Positions 19,017-28,026 of a DNA stretch of 64,000 bases are shown piece after piece; within the stretch, counting starts at the first letter, position 1, and every line of letters starts with the position of its first letter. This stretch comes from Longimicrobiales bacterium (GTDB lineage Bacteria > Gemmatimonadota > Gemmatimonadetes > Longimicrobiales > Gaopeijiaceae). The stretch covers positions 2,976,001 through 3,040,000 of the forward strand of contig OZ242008.1 of the NCBI GenBank assembly GCA_965204735.1. The letters run 5' to 3'. The position numbers and the translations under genes are program-made. The notes beneath the pieces are model-generated. The model was not told the DNA's origin. It saw only the letters and a program-made list of their open reading frames with translations, and did no database searches.

Positions 19017-20795
19017 TCACTGGGCGAGAGCTCCGGGGGCGTAGTCCAGCACGCTGCACGCGCCGATCACCTCTCGGAACCGGACGGCGACCGTGGCCCC
19101 GCGGGCGTCGGTCATCTCGAGGGACTCGCCGAGCTGGAAGTGAACTGGCTGGGCGGCACCGCCGTTGACGGCCACGTTGTCGGCGTAGACGTAGAGGCGG
19201 TCGAAGCTGTCGCGGATGGGGTTCAGCCTGCCGCGCAGCCCGGGCACGTGGCCGGTTTGGTTGGGGAAGATCACGGAACCGCCGTCGGGGACGGGACGCA
19301 TTTGCACCTCCGCCGCCAGCCTGGCGCCGTCGTCCGGCCGGCAGTCGGACACGACTTGGGCAGCGAGGCCGGGGGCGGCGCAGAACACGGTCATCGGCAG
19401 CTTGGCGTACAGCTCGAAGTCGGCGTGGCCGAAGGCGTCGGTGCGCGCCTCCCGGAACGTCTTGTTGGGGTAGATCATGAGGACGTGAACGTCGCGGAGG
19501 GGTTGGCCGGTGCCAGCGTGGACGACCGCGACCCGGACGCGCACGCCGTCGGGCACGGGCGGGCTGGCGGCCGGGAGGACCAGCTTCAGCTCCCGGTCGC
19601 CGACAACCTCGAAGAGCGGCTTGCGCCCGGCCAGCGCAAACGTCTCGTCCTCGATCACGCCCACGCCCACGCCCTCGCCCCGCCGCTCGATGAAGTACAG
19701 CCGCCCGCCGGCGCCCGCCACGTCTCCGACCCGACACTGGCCCAGTCGCGACGCCAGCAGCTCGTTTCGCGTGAACTGACTCGTTCGCAAGTCCTCCACG
19801 CTCATGGAGTTGCCAAGGGCGCCGGGCGAGTAGAGCTCCAGCCGGTCGTCGAAGACAAACAGGCGCGTCTTGGAGCCGGAAACGGCGTAGTCGCGGTGGA
19901 CCAGGGCGTTGACCAGGGCTTCGAAGACGGCGCGGTCGCTGAACTGGGGCACGTCGCGACGGGCCGGCTCCTTGCGGGCGGCGACTCGGCGGTTGCGCTC
20001 GACGAACCGCACTGCGTCGCGAATCTGCTGGTCGAGGGGCCCCGCAATGTCCTGCGCGTCCAGCTGCCGGTCCCCGTCCATGCGGTCGCCGGCGTAGCAG
20101 ACCGCCTGAATGAAGGCGCTCGGCAACCAATCGCGGGGGTCCCGGCTGGCCAAGAGCACGCCTCCCACCGTCGCGCGGACCACCCCTTGGGCGTCCTCCT
20201 TGACGAACTTGAGCTTGCTCAACGCGATCTCGTCGGCGTCGCCCGTCCGCGAGCTGGCGTACCGACGCCAAAGCTTGGGGTCCAGAGTGGCTGCGCCGGT
20301 GCCGGCGACCACCTGGGTGTCCGTCGACTCGGCGTCCGAGCGGTCGCGCGCCTGAAGCAGCCGCCGGATCTCGGCCGGCCCCATGGGCCGCTTGCTGTTT
20401 CCCCGCCGCCGGAAGAATCCGCCCGGCGAACGGTGCACGGCGCGGCCCGCCGGAACCTCCACCACCAGCACCCCGTGGTCGGGCTGCTCGGGCGTCGGGA
20501 CTCGGTGAAGGCTGAAGTCCAGTGGCGGGTCGATGCTGTCGGTGCAGAGCTCGGTCACGAAGTCGGCGACCGCGTCCATCTGGTCCGGGCGAAGCGGCTG
20601 GGAGTTGCGCTGGTCGGTAACGCCGAAGACCAGGCGGCCGCCCGGGGAGTTGGCCAGCGCCGCCAGCTCGTCGGCCACGGCGGCCCGCTTCGGGGACGAC
20701 ACGCGAGCCGCCTTGAAGCGGACCTCCTTGAACTCGAGCTCCGAGTCTTCGCCGAGGCGGACCTGACGCCAGAAGTGCGCCGCGTCAATGGGCAC
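19017..20795 (-). CDS. AlbA_2 (Schlafen-like) + HATPase_c_4 protein with extra C-terminal beta domain
   Basis: GEDSELEFK, ALANSPGGRLVFGV, EALVNALVHRDY, RLELYSPG, ERRGEG. Confidence 0.88.
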   Translation of the reverse strand: MPIDAAHFWRQVRLGEDSELEFKEVRFKAARVSSPKRAAVADELAALANSPGGRLVFGVTDQRNSQPLRPDQMDAVADFVTELCTDSIDPPLDFSLHRVPTPEQPDHGVLVVEVPAGRAVHRSPGGFFRRRGNSKRPMGPAEIRRLLQARDRSDAESTDTQVVAGTGAATLDPKLWRRYASSRTGDADEIALSKLKFVKEDAQGVVRATVGGVLLASRDPRDWLPSAFIQAVCYAGDRMDGDRQLDAQDIAGPLDQQIRDAVRFVERNRRVAARKEPARRDVPQFSDRAVFEALVNALVHRDYAVSGSKTRLFVFDDRLELYSPGALGNSMSVEDLRTSQFTRNELLASRLGQCRVGDVAGAGGRLYFIERRGEGVGVGVIEDETFALAGRKPLFEVVGDRELKLVLPAASPPVPDGVRVRVAVVHAGTGQPLRDVHVLMIYPNKTFREARTDAFGHADFELYAKLPMTVFCAAPGLAAQVVSDCRPDDGARLAAEVQMRPVPDGGSVIFPNQTGHVPGLRGRLNPIRDSFDRLYVYADNVAVNGGAAQPVHFQLGESLEMTDARGATVAVRFREVIGACSVLDYAPGALAQ

Positions 20796-20819
20796 GGCGG
20801 CCTCCGGCAGCCGGGGACC

Positions 20820-21743
20820 TCACGAACGTTCGGCCTCCTGCCGCTTCCGCCAGTACCGGGCCAGTCCCCACCACGAGTCCGGGAAGCCGGAGGCGACCGC
20901 GTAGCTGTCGAGCATCTCGTCGGACATTTGCGGCCTGAGCTCGGCGCGCAGGCGGTCGGCAAACGCCCGGGCCTTGTCGGCGTCGGAGGCTTCGTCCTCC
21001 AGCGATTCGCGGACCCGCTCCGCCCACACAGCCAGCCGGGCCTTCAGATCGGCGAAGTGCGCTGCCGGGTCCTCGTGCACGCCGAAGTGGGCGGTGACGA
21101 CGCGCCTGGGCCGCCACGCCGTCATCCGTTCGATGCTGTCGTTCCACGCCTCCACGTCGATGTCGGGCGGCGGCGTCACGGGGAGCGTCGGACCGGCGCC
21201 GATGCGCACGCCGCCCGCGTCGCCGGCCCAAAGCGTGCCAGCCGCCTCCTCGTAGTAGGCCACGTGGTGCTTGGCGTGGCCGGGGACGTAGGCGACCTCC
21301 AGGCGCCGGCCTCCCACCTCCACCGCGTCGCCCTGGTCGACTTCGCGCAACGCACTCTCCGGGACGGGAACGACCCGCCCCCACAGCGTCTCCATGGCGT
21401 CGCCGTAGATGCGGGTCGCCGACGCCACCAGGCGCGACGGGTCCACCATGTGGGGCGCGCCCCGGGGATGGACGTACACCTTCACCTCGGGCACCTCCTC
21501 CACGATCGCTCCCGTGGCGACTGCGTGGTCCAGGTGAATGTGCGTGAGCAACACGGCGCGCACGTCGCGGAGTTCGGCGCCCAGCTCGGCCAAGCGCACA
21601 CGAAGCGTGGGCAGGCGCGCCTCCGGCCCCGGGTCCACGACCGCCACGCCGCGTTGGCCGTCCAGCTTGAGCACGCCCACGCCGATCACCGACGGGCGAC
21701 CCTCCTGGTGCAGGTCGGCGATTGCCGTCCCGTCGTCGATCAT
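20820..21743 (-). CDS. MBL-fold metallo-hydrolase
   Basis: VDPGP, THIHLDH, PGHAKHH, AGD. Confidence 0.9.
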   Translation of the reverse strand: MIDDGTAIADLHQEGRPSVIGVGVLKLDGQRGVAVVDPGPEARLPTLRVRLAELGAELRDVRAVLLTHIHLDHAVATGAIVEEVPEVKVYVHPRGAPHMVDPSRLVASATRIYGDAMETLWGRVVPVPESALREVDQGDAVEVGGRRLEVAYVPGHAKHHVAYYEEAAGTLWAGDAGGVRIGAGPTLPVTPPPDIDVEAWNDSIERMTAWRPRRVVTAHFGVHEDPAAHFADLKARLAVWAERVRESLEDEASDADKARAFADRLRAELRPQMSDEMLDSYAVASGFPDSWWGLARYWRKRQEAERS

Positions 21744-21802
21744 TTGCACGGGAGGATGCGGAGCAGAGGGCGATCGCGATCCGGCGCCGCCCTTCGCGCG
21801 GG

Positions 21803-23986
21803 TCACTGGGCCGCCGGCCCCTTGTGCGTTCCCCACTTCTCGAACCACTTGCGCAAGTAGAGCTGGGTGCGCATGAAGTTTGACGGCCGGGAGCTGGTGC
21901 CGTGCCACTCGCCTTGGAAGCGGATCATGACGGTGGGCACGCCCACGTAGTGCAGGGCTTGGTAGAACTCCTCGGTTTGGCCCATGGGCGTGCGCAAGTC
22001 CATCTCGCCCGTCAGCAGCATCGTCGGCGTCTTCACGTTGCCCACGTAGAAGATCGAGGAGCGGTCGATCCACTCGGCCGGGTCCTCCCAGAACGGCTTC
22101 TCGAACGTGCGCATGTAGCTGGTGGCGTCCGACGTGCCCATCGCCGACATCCAGTTGACGATGGGACAGTTTGCCGACGCCGCCGCGAACCGGTCCGTGT
22201 TGCCCACGATGTAGCTGGTCAAGATGCCGCCGCCGGAGCAGCCGTAGACGAACAAGTTGTCCTCGTCCACGTAGCCGCGGGACAGCATTTCGTCCACGCC
22301 GTTCATCAAGTCGGGAAAGTCGGCGCCCGGGTAGTCGTGGTTGATGGCGTTGGCGAAGGCGGTTCCGTAGCCCGTGCTGCCCCTGGGATTGGTGTACAAG
22401 ACCACGTACCCGTTGGCCGCATGCTCCTGGAACGCAAAGTTGAAGCTGCCGTTGTACATCGCATGGGGTCCGCCGTGGATCACCAGCATCATCGGATACT
22501 TGCGCGACGGGTCGAAGTCGGGCGGCTTCACGATCCACCCCTGCACGCGGAACCCCCCGTCCGAGTCGTACCACACTTCCTCGACTTCGCCCAGCTGCGC
22601 ATGCTCCAGGGCGTCGGCGTTGACGTCGGTCAGACGTGCGGCGCTGCCGGGGTCGGCGAGGCTGAAGCGGTAGACGTCGCCCGGCTCGTGGGCGCTGGAA
22701 ACGATTCCCACGGCCGTTCCGTCGCTCGAGAACGACGACAACGAGAACATGTGCTTGCCCTCGGTCAGCTGCGTCACGCCCCCGTCCACCGACACGAAGT
22801 GAAGCTGCCGGTAGCCGTCCCGGCTGGCGCTGAAGTAGAGGCCGCTGCCGTCGGGCGCCCACGTCATGGCGCCGGTCTGGCGGTCGTAGTCGCCGGAGAC
22901 GACGCGCGAGCCCGATCCGTCCCGGTTCATGACGTATATCTTGCGGTTTCGATAGGTGTCGCGGTGCGCGTCAATGCCCGTGTAGGCGATCAGGGAACCG
23001 TCGGGGGACGGGACGGGACCCGAGTCCTCGCCCCGCCGGCTGGTCAGCCGCCGGACGTCGCCGGTCGCCGCCGAGACGGCGTATATCTCCGATTCTTGCC
23101 AGTGCTCGGGCCGGTCCGCCTCGTCGTCGCGGAAGGAGGTGAAGTAGAGTTCGCTTCCGTCGGGGCTCCAGCGGGGAGCCGAGTGGTTCCACGCGCCGCG
23201 GGTCAGCTGGCGCGGGGTCCCGCCGTCCGCCGGCACGACGAACACGTGGGCGTACCCCGTGTCCACGTAGCCTGCCCGGTCCCGCTTGTACGCCGCGCGC
23301 TCCACGACCTTCGGCGCCGCCGTCCACTCCGCGCCTTCGGGCCGCGAGGGCAGCTCCACGCCGGCGAACTCGGCCTTGTCGTTCACCCGGCTGGTGAAGG
23401 CGATCCACTTGCCGTCGGGCGACCAGCGGGGGTTCGACGGGCCGTTCTGCAAGCGCGTGACCTGGGTCGTCGCGCCTTCCGCATCCATCCACCGCACGAA
23501 GAGCTGGGAGCCTTCGGGCTCGCCGGGGGCGGTGAAGAGGATGCGGGTGCCGTCGGGCGACCACCGGGCGCCGCCTCCGTCGGTCAGCCGGCGGTCCCGG
23601 GCGCCGTCGGCGTTCATGATCCGCAGCGACGACCTGCGACGGTCGCCGACCTTGTCGATCCAGCCCCGGGTGTACACGATCCGCTTCCCGTCCGGCGAGA
23701 TGCGCGGGTCGGACACGGTCTCCATCTCCAGGTACTGGGACAGCGCAAGGGGCTGACGGGACGATTCGGCGCGGGCGGGCGCGTCGTTCTGGCCAGGGAC
23801 CGGGGAAGCCGCGAGGGCCGAGGGCGCGTGGGCCGGGGACGCCGGGGACGCGAGGGCCGGGAACGCGAGGGCCGAGGACGCCGGGGACGCGAGGGCCGGG
23901 GGCGCCACGAGGGCCGAGGAAGCCGCGAGGGCCAGGGCGACCACGGCGGCTGGACGGGCAACGACGGACGGGCGGGCGGTGCTCAT
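21803..23986 (-). CDS. S9 family peptidase with PD40 beta-propeller
   Basis: WSPDG repeats, IHGGPH, NPRGSTGYG, GCSGG nucleophile, D-L-R, WHG. Confidence 0.93.
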   Translation of the reverse strand: MSTARPSVVARPAAVVALALAASSALVAPPALASPASSALAFPALASPASPAHAPSALAASPVPGQNDAPARAESSRQPLALSQYLEMETVSDPRISPDGKRIVYTRGWIDKVGDRRRSSLRIMNADGARDRRLTDGGGARWSPDGTRILFTAPGEPEGSQLFVRWMDAEGATTQVTRLQNGPSNPRWSPDGKWIAFTSRVNDKAEFAGVELPSRPEGAEWTAAPKVVERAAYKRDRAGYVDTGYAHVFVVPADGGTPRQLTRGAWNHSAPRWSPDGSELYFTSFRDDEADRPEHWQESEIYAVSAATGDVRRLTSRRGEDSGPVPSPDGSLIAYTGIDAHRDTYRNRKIYVMNRDGSGSRVVSGDYDRQTGAMTWAPDGSGLYFSASRDGYRQLHFVSVDGGVTQLTEGKHMFSLSSFSSDGTAVGIVSSAHEPGDVYRFSLADPGSAARLTDVNADALEHAQLGEVEEVWYDSDGGFRVQGWIVKPPDFDPSRKYPMMLVIHGGPHAMYNGSFNFAFQEHAANGYVVLYTNPRGSTGYGTAFANAINHDYPGADFPDLMNGVDEMLSRGYVDEDNLFVYGCSGGGILTSYIVGNTDRFAAASANCPIVNWMSAMGTSDATSYMRTFEKPFWEDPAEWIDRSSIFYVGNVKTPTMLLTGEMDLRTPMGQTEEFYQALHYVGVPTVMIRFQGEWHGTSSRPSNFMRTQLYLRKWFEKWGTHKGPAAQ

Positions 23987-25527
23987 GGCTGCTCCTGCTG
24001 GCTTGAGTTTTCGGCGGATGCGGCGGCGCTCGGGCGGCCGGCTCCCAAGGCGCTGGTGATCGCCTGACCGGGGAAGACTCCTTCGACTATTGCGCCGTCC
24101 CGCACCACCGGCACGCCTCCCACCAGCACGTGGACGAAGCCTTGGGAAGGCGTGTCGGGCGCGTCGTAGTCGGCGCGGTCGATGACGGTTCCGGCGTCGA
24201 AGACCGCGATGTCGGCGTCGGCCCCCACCTGCACGCGACCCTTGCGGGCCATCTCCGGGGCGGCGCCTTCGACCCGACGGGCCGGCAGCAGGGTCATCTT
24301 CGCAATCGCGTCCATGAGAGAGAGCGAGCCCCGGTCGCGAGAGTAGCGTCCGAGAATCCGCGCGAAGGTGCCTGCGCCCCGGGGATGGACGGCCACGTGG
24401 AGGAAGGGGATCCCGTCGCTGGCGGCAATCACGTCGGGCTGAGCCGTGATCCATTCGTTGGTCTCCTCGTTGCGCCCGTGGATGACCACCCATCCGCCCT
24501 GCTCCCTGTACTCGCGGAAGGTCCGGGCGTCCAGCCGCTCGGCCCGGCCCGGCCACTGGAGCCGCCTGTACTGGGCGTCGTCGAGCCCCTCCCACGAGTC
24601 GAAGAGGGCGGACTCGATGAAGGTGGACGACGCGGTGTAGGGGTACGCCTCGGTGGTCACGTCCACGCCCCGTTCACGGGCGCCCCGGATCATGCCCAGC
24701 GCTTCGCGGGCTTCTTCGTCGGCGCTGGAGTTGAGGTGCACGACGTGAAGCGACGCCCCGGTGGACGCGGCGTTGGCGATCACTTCCTGAAACGGGTCCA
24801 GCGCGCCGTTGTCCCCAGCCGCCCGCAGGTGGACGTAGGCCGGCACGCCCTGGGCCGCGGCCGACGCGAACAGGTCGAAGACCTCCGACCGCGACGCCCC
24901 CGGCGTGTACGTGATCCCGAAGCCGTAGCCCAGCCCCCCTTCCGCCACGCCCGCCTCCATGAGCGCGGCGAGCTCCGCGACCCGCTCCCGTTCCAGCGTC
25001 TCGTAGATGATCTCGGAGCCGAACGAAGCATTGCTCTGCCCCGGCGGCTGCGTCGGCTGATGACCGGACTCGATTCCCGCCAGCAGCTTCGCCCGAGCCC
25101 CGGGGTGGCTGACCGTCGCGCCGTAGTTGAGGAGCGCCCGACCTTCTCGCGACGCCAGCCAGGCGGCCACGGGGTAGACGCCGACCTCCATCTCCAGGGC
25201 GGTGGTTACGCCGTCCAGCGCTTGCAGGCGGTTGCTGACCGAATCCTGCCCGTGGGCGTGAAGGTCGATGAAGCCGGGCGCCACGACCAGGCCCGTCGCG
25301 TCCAGCGTGTCCCGTCCAGCTATTGCCTCTTCGCCGAGAGCGACGACGGCGCCGTCCCGGATGCCGACGTTGCGAGGCGCGTCGAGCCCGGTCTCCGGGT
25401 CCATGACGCGGCCGCCCAGGATCACGAGATCATGCGGCGAGGAGCAGGCGGCTGCGGCCAGGGCAACGGCGAAGGCGGCGAAGGTGCGACGGCGATGGGC
25501 CAAGAAGGTGCGACGGCGATGGGCCAA
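23983..25527 (-). CDS. N-acyl-D-amino-acid deacylase-like amidohydrolase, probable lipoprotein
   Basis: PGFIDLHAH, HPRGAGTF, GADADIAVFD; AAAA-C lipobox; start uncertain (25527 or 25503). Confidence 0.85.
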   Translation of the reverse strand: MAHRRRTFLAHRRRTFAAFAVALAAAACSSPHDLVILGGRVMDPETGLDAPRNVGIRDGAVVALGEEAIAGRDTLDATGLVVAPGFIDLHAHGQDSVSNRLQALDGVTTALEMEVGVYPVAAWLASREGRALLNYGATVSHPGARAKLLAGIESGHQPTQPPGQSNASFGSEIIYETLERERVAELAALMEAGVAEGGLGYGFGITYTPGASRSEVFDLFASAAAQGVPAYVHLRAAGDNGALDPFQEVIANAASTGASLHVVHLNSSADEEAREALGMIRGARERGVDVTTEAYPYTASSTFIESALFDSWEGLDDAQYRRLQWPGRAERLDARTFREYREQGGWVVIHGRNEETNEWITAQPDVIAASDGIPFLHVAVHPRGAGTFARILGRYSRDRGSLSLMDAIAKMTLLPARRVEGAAPEMARKGRVQVGADADIAVFDAGTVIDRADYDAPDTPSQGFVHVLVGGVPVVRDGAIVEGVFPGQAITSALGAGRPSAAASAENSSQQEQP

Positions 25528-25756
25528 GGTGGCGGCTCCTGTGGGGGTACTTTGGATCGGGGCTTGGGCACAGCGGGCCAGCGGTGCGAGGCGCGAGCGG
25601 TTGGCCGGCGCCCGCCTTCCCTCCCAGAATCCATTGACGTGGCGAAGAAGGCAAGTTGCCAGGAGGCGCTTCGAGATGTCGCCGAACCGAAGGGACCCGG
25701 AGACCGCGAGCCGGTCGGGGGACGACACGATCCACGACCTGCCGTCGGGCCTGTCC

Positions 25757-26668
25757 ATGCTCCCATGGGAGCTCCCGCGCGTCTTTCTCGGGATGGACGG
25801 GGCCAAGGCGACCCACGCCGAGGCCGGCACGTGGATCCTGCCGGTGCCCTACGAAGCCACCGCCAGCTGGGGAACGGACACGCGCCGCGGCCCCCAGGCG
25901 ATCATCGACGCTTCCCGCTACGTGGAGCTGTACGACCAGGAGCTGGGCCGCGACCCGTCCGAGGGGGGCGTCTACACCTTCCCGGCGCTGGAGCTGGAAC
26001 GGGGCGCGGCAGACCGAGCCATGGCCGAGCTGGAGCGGGCGTTCGGCCTCGTTCTCGACGCCGCCGCGGGTCGGCGCGTGATCATGCTCGGCGGCGAGCA
26101 CTCGGTGTCGGCACCGGCGATCCTGGCCCACGCGGCTCGCTGCGACGGGCGCCTCGCCGTCCTCCAGCTGGACGCCCACCTCGACCTGCGGGACACCTTC
26201 GACGGCACTCCCTACTCCCACGCTTGCGCGATGGGCCGCGTGGTCGACGTGGTCGATCTGGTCTCGGTGGGCGTCCGGGGGATCGGCGCGGAGGAGTGGA
26301 GGGTCGTGCAGGAGCGCGACAACGTGGCTGCTTTCACGGGCGAAGCCATGGCCGAAGACGACGGCTGGATGGACCACGCGCTGGAGGCGCTGGGCGATCC
26401 AGTCTACCTCACCTTCGACGTGGACTTCTTCGATCCGTCGCTGGCGCCTTCGACGGGCACACCCGAGCCCGGCGGCGGCAACTGGCGCCAGACCACCAAC
26501 TTCCTGCGGCGGGTGTTCGCGGAGCGCCGGGTCGTCGGGGCCGACGTGGTGGAGCACGCGCCCATTCCTGGCCTTGCCGCGCCCGACTTCCTGGTGGCGA
26601 AGCTGATCTACAAGATCATCGGCTACTGGACCGATGCGGACGCGCGGCCGATCCGTCCGCCAGCATGA
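25757..26668 (+). CDS. speB: Agmatinase
   Basis: GGEHS, DAHLD, DVDFFDPS, STGTPEPGG; start may be 25676. Confidence 0.9.
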   Translation: MLPWELPRVFLGMDGAKATHAEAGTWILPVPYEATASWGTDTRRGPQAIIDASRYVELYDQELGRDPSEGGVYTFPALELERGAADRAMAELERAFGLVLDAAAGRRVIMLGGEHSVSAPAILAHAARCDGRLAVLQLDAHLDLRDTFDGTPYSHACAMGRVVDVVDLVSVGVRGIGAEEWRVVQERDNVAAFTGEAMAEDDGWMDHALEALGDPVYLTFDVDFFDPSLAPSTGTPEPGGGNWRQTTNFLRRVFAERRVVGADVVEHAPIPGLAAPDFLVAKLIYKIIGYWTDADARPIRPPA

Positions 26669-26801
26669 AGCCCGCCGGCAACGCGGAAGCCGCCGGCAAC
26701 GCGATGGAAGCCGGGCTCGACCTCGGAGATCAGTCGTCTGGCACAAGTCGCCCAGGCTGTTACTTTGGAGTTTCGTTTTTCGGCCCACCGACCCTGGAGC
26801 A

Positions 26802-28001
26802 GTGCTCGTGACTGGACTCGCCGTTGCCGTACCGGTGGCAGCCCTCGCGGCCTTGGGCGCCGTCCGATCCGCCGGCCAAGAAGTCGTCGAACTTCCTGCC
26901 GAAGACCGACCACTGGACGGGGCCTTTGAGGAGGTCTACCGAATCGGCTCCTTCGGCGGAGAGGAATGGGAGACCTTCGGCAGCGTCGCTGGCATGACTT
27001 TCGACGAAGCCGGGAACCTGTACGTCGTGGACGGTCAGGCGTCGCGGATCGTAGTTGTGGATCGAGAGGGCGGCTTGGTCCGGACGGTGGGGAACGCCGG
27101 GGAAGGACCGGGCGAGTTCGGCGACGGGCCGCCAGTGACGGCCGTCGGGCGCGACGGTCGTGTGGTCGCCTTCGAGATCATGCGACGCGCATTCCAGATA
27201 TTCGGCCCGGACGGCGTGTTCGAGCGGTCCGTTCGCGTCGGCGGAACCGGGTACGTGATCGTCCCGGCATTGCAGTCCTTCCCCGGGGGCGGCGTTCTCA
27301 GCGTCCGCGAGGTCGGCGCCATGTCGGGGCAGCCCGACGGAGCCGAGTCTGCATCGAGGCGGAGCCGGTTCGTCGAGCGGTTTCTGCTGGACGGCGACGA
27401 GGCCGTGCGCGACACGTTGGCCGAGGCGTGGCGTCCCGAAGGAGGCTTGGCGCTGGCGCCCGGACTCTACGCGGGAGCCTTGCCGGACGGCGTGGCCTTC
27501 TCGGATTCCTCCGCCTACGCCGTGAAGGTCGCGACGTTGGGCGGCGACGTGTTCCGGGTTCTGACCCGACCACTGCGCCCGGTCCCCGTGACCGACCGGA
27601 TACGGGACGCGGAACGCGCTCGTCAAATGGGCAGGGTCGGGGAGATCGACGAAGACGCCGAAAGGACCGGCGGGGATCGGGGCGCCATGGTGGCGCAGAT
27701 GGCCGAATTCATGCGTCGGCGGGTGGAGTCGCTGGAGTTCTATCCCGAGTTTCCCGTCGTCCAGGGACTGAAGACAAGCTGGACCGGCATGATCTGGGTC
27801 CACCGCAGCGGCGAGCTTCCCGGCCAGGACGGTCCGATCGACGTCCTGGGTGCGGAGGGTCGCTACGTCGGCACCTTCGCGATCGGCACGACCGCCATGC
27901 CCCGCGCGTTCGGCCCGGACGGCCTGGCCGCCTTTGTCGACAAGGACGAGTTCGACGTTCCCGTCGTGGTGGTGAAACGGCTGCCGTCCGCGGTGCGCTA
28001 A
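26802..28001 (+). CDS. Secreted 6-bladed beta-propeller protein
   Basis: GNLYVVD, GEGPGEF motifs; hydrophobic N-terminus; start approximate. Confidence 0.8.
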   Translation: MLVTGLAVAVPVAALAALGAVRSAGQEVVELPAEDRPLDGAFEEVYRIGSFGGEEWETFGSVAGMTFDEAGNLYVVDGQASRIVVVDREGGLVRTVGNAGEGPGEFGDGPPVTAVGRDGRVVAFEIMRRAFQIFGPDGVFERSVRVGGTGYVIVPALQSFPGGGVLSVREVGAMSGQPDGAESASRRSRFVERFLLDGDEAVRDTLAEAWRPEGGLALAPGLYAGALPDGVAFSDSSAYAVKVATLGGDVFRVLTRPLRPVPVTDRIRDAERARQMGRVGEIDEDAERTGGDRGAMVAQMAEFMRRRVESLEFYPEFPVVQGLKTSWTGMIWVHRSGELPGQDGPIDVLGAEGRYVGTFAIGTTAMPRAFGPDGLAAFVDKDEFDVPVVVVKRLPSAVR

Positions 28002-28026
28002 GCTAAGTGGAAGCGACCACGCCCTC

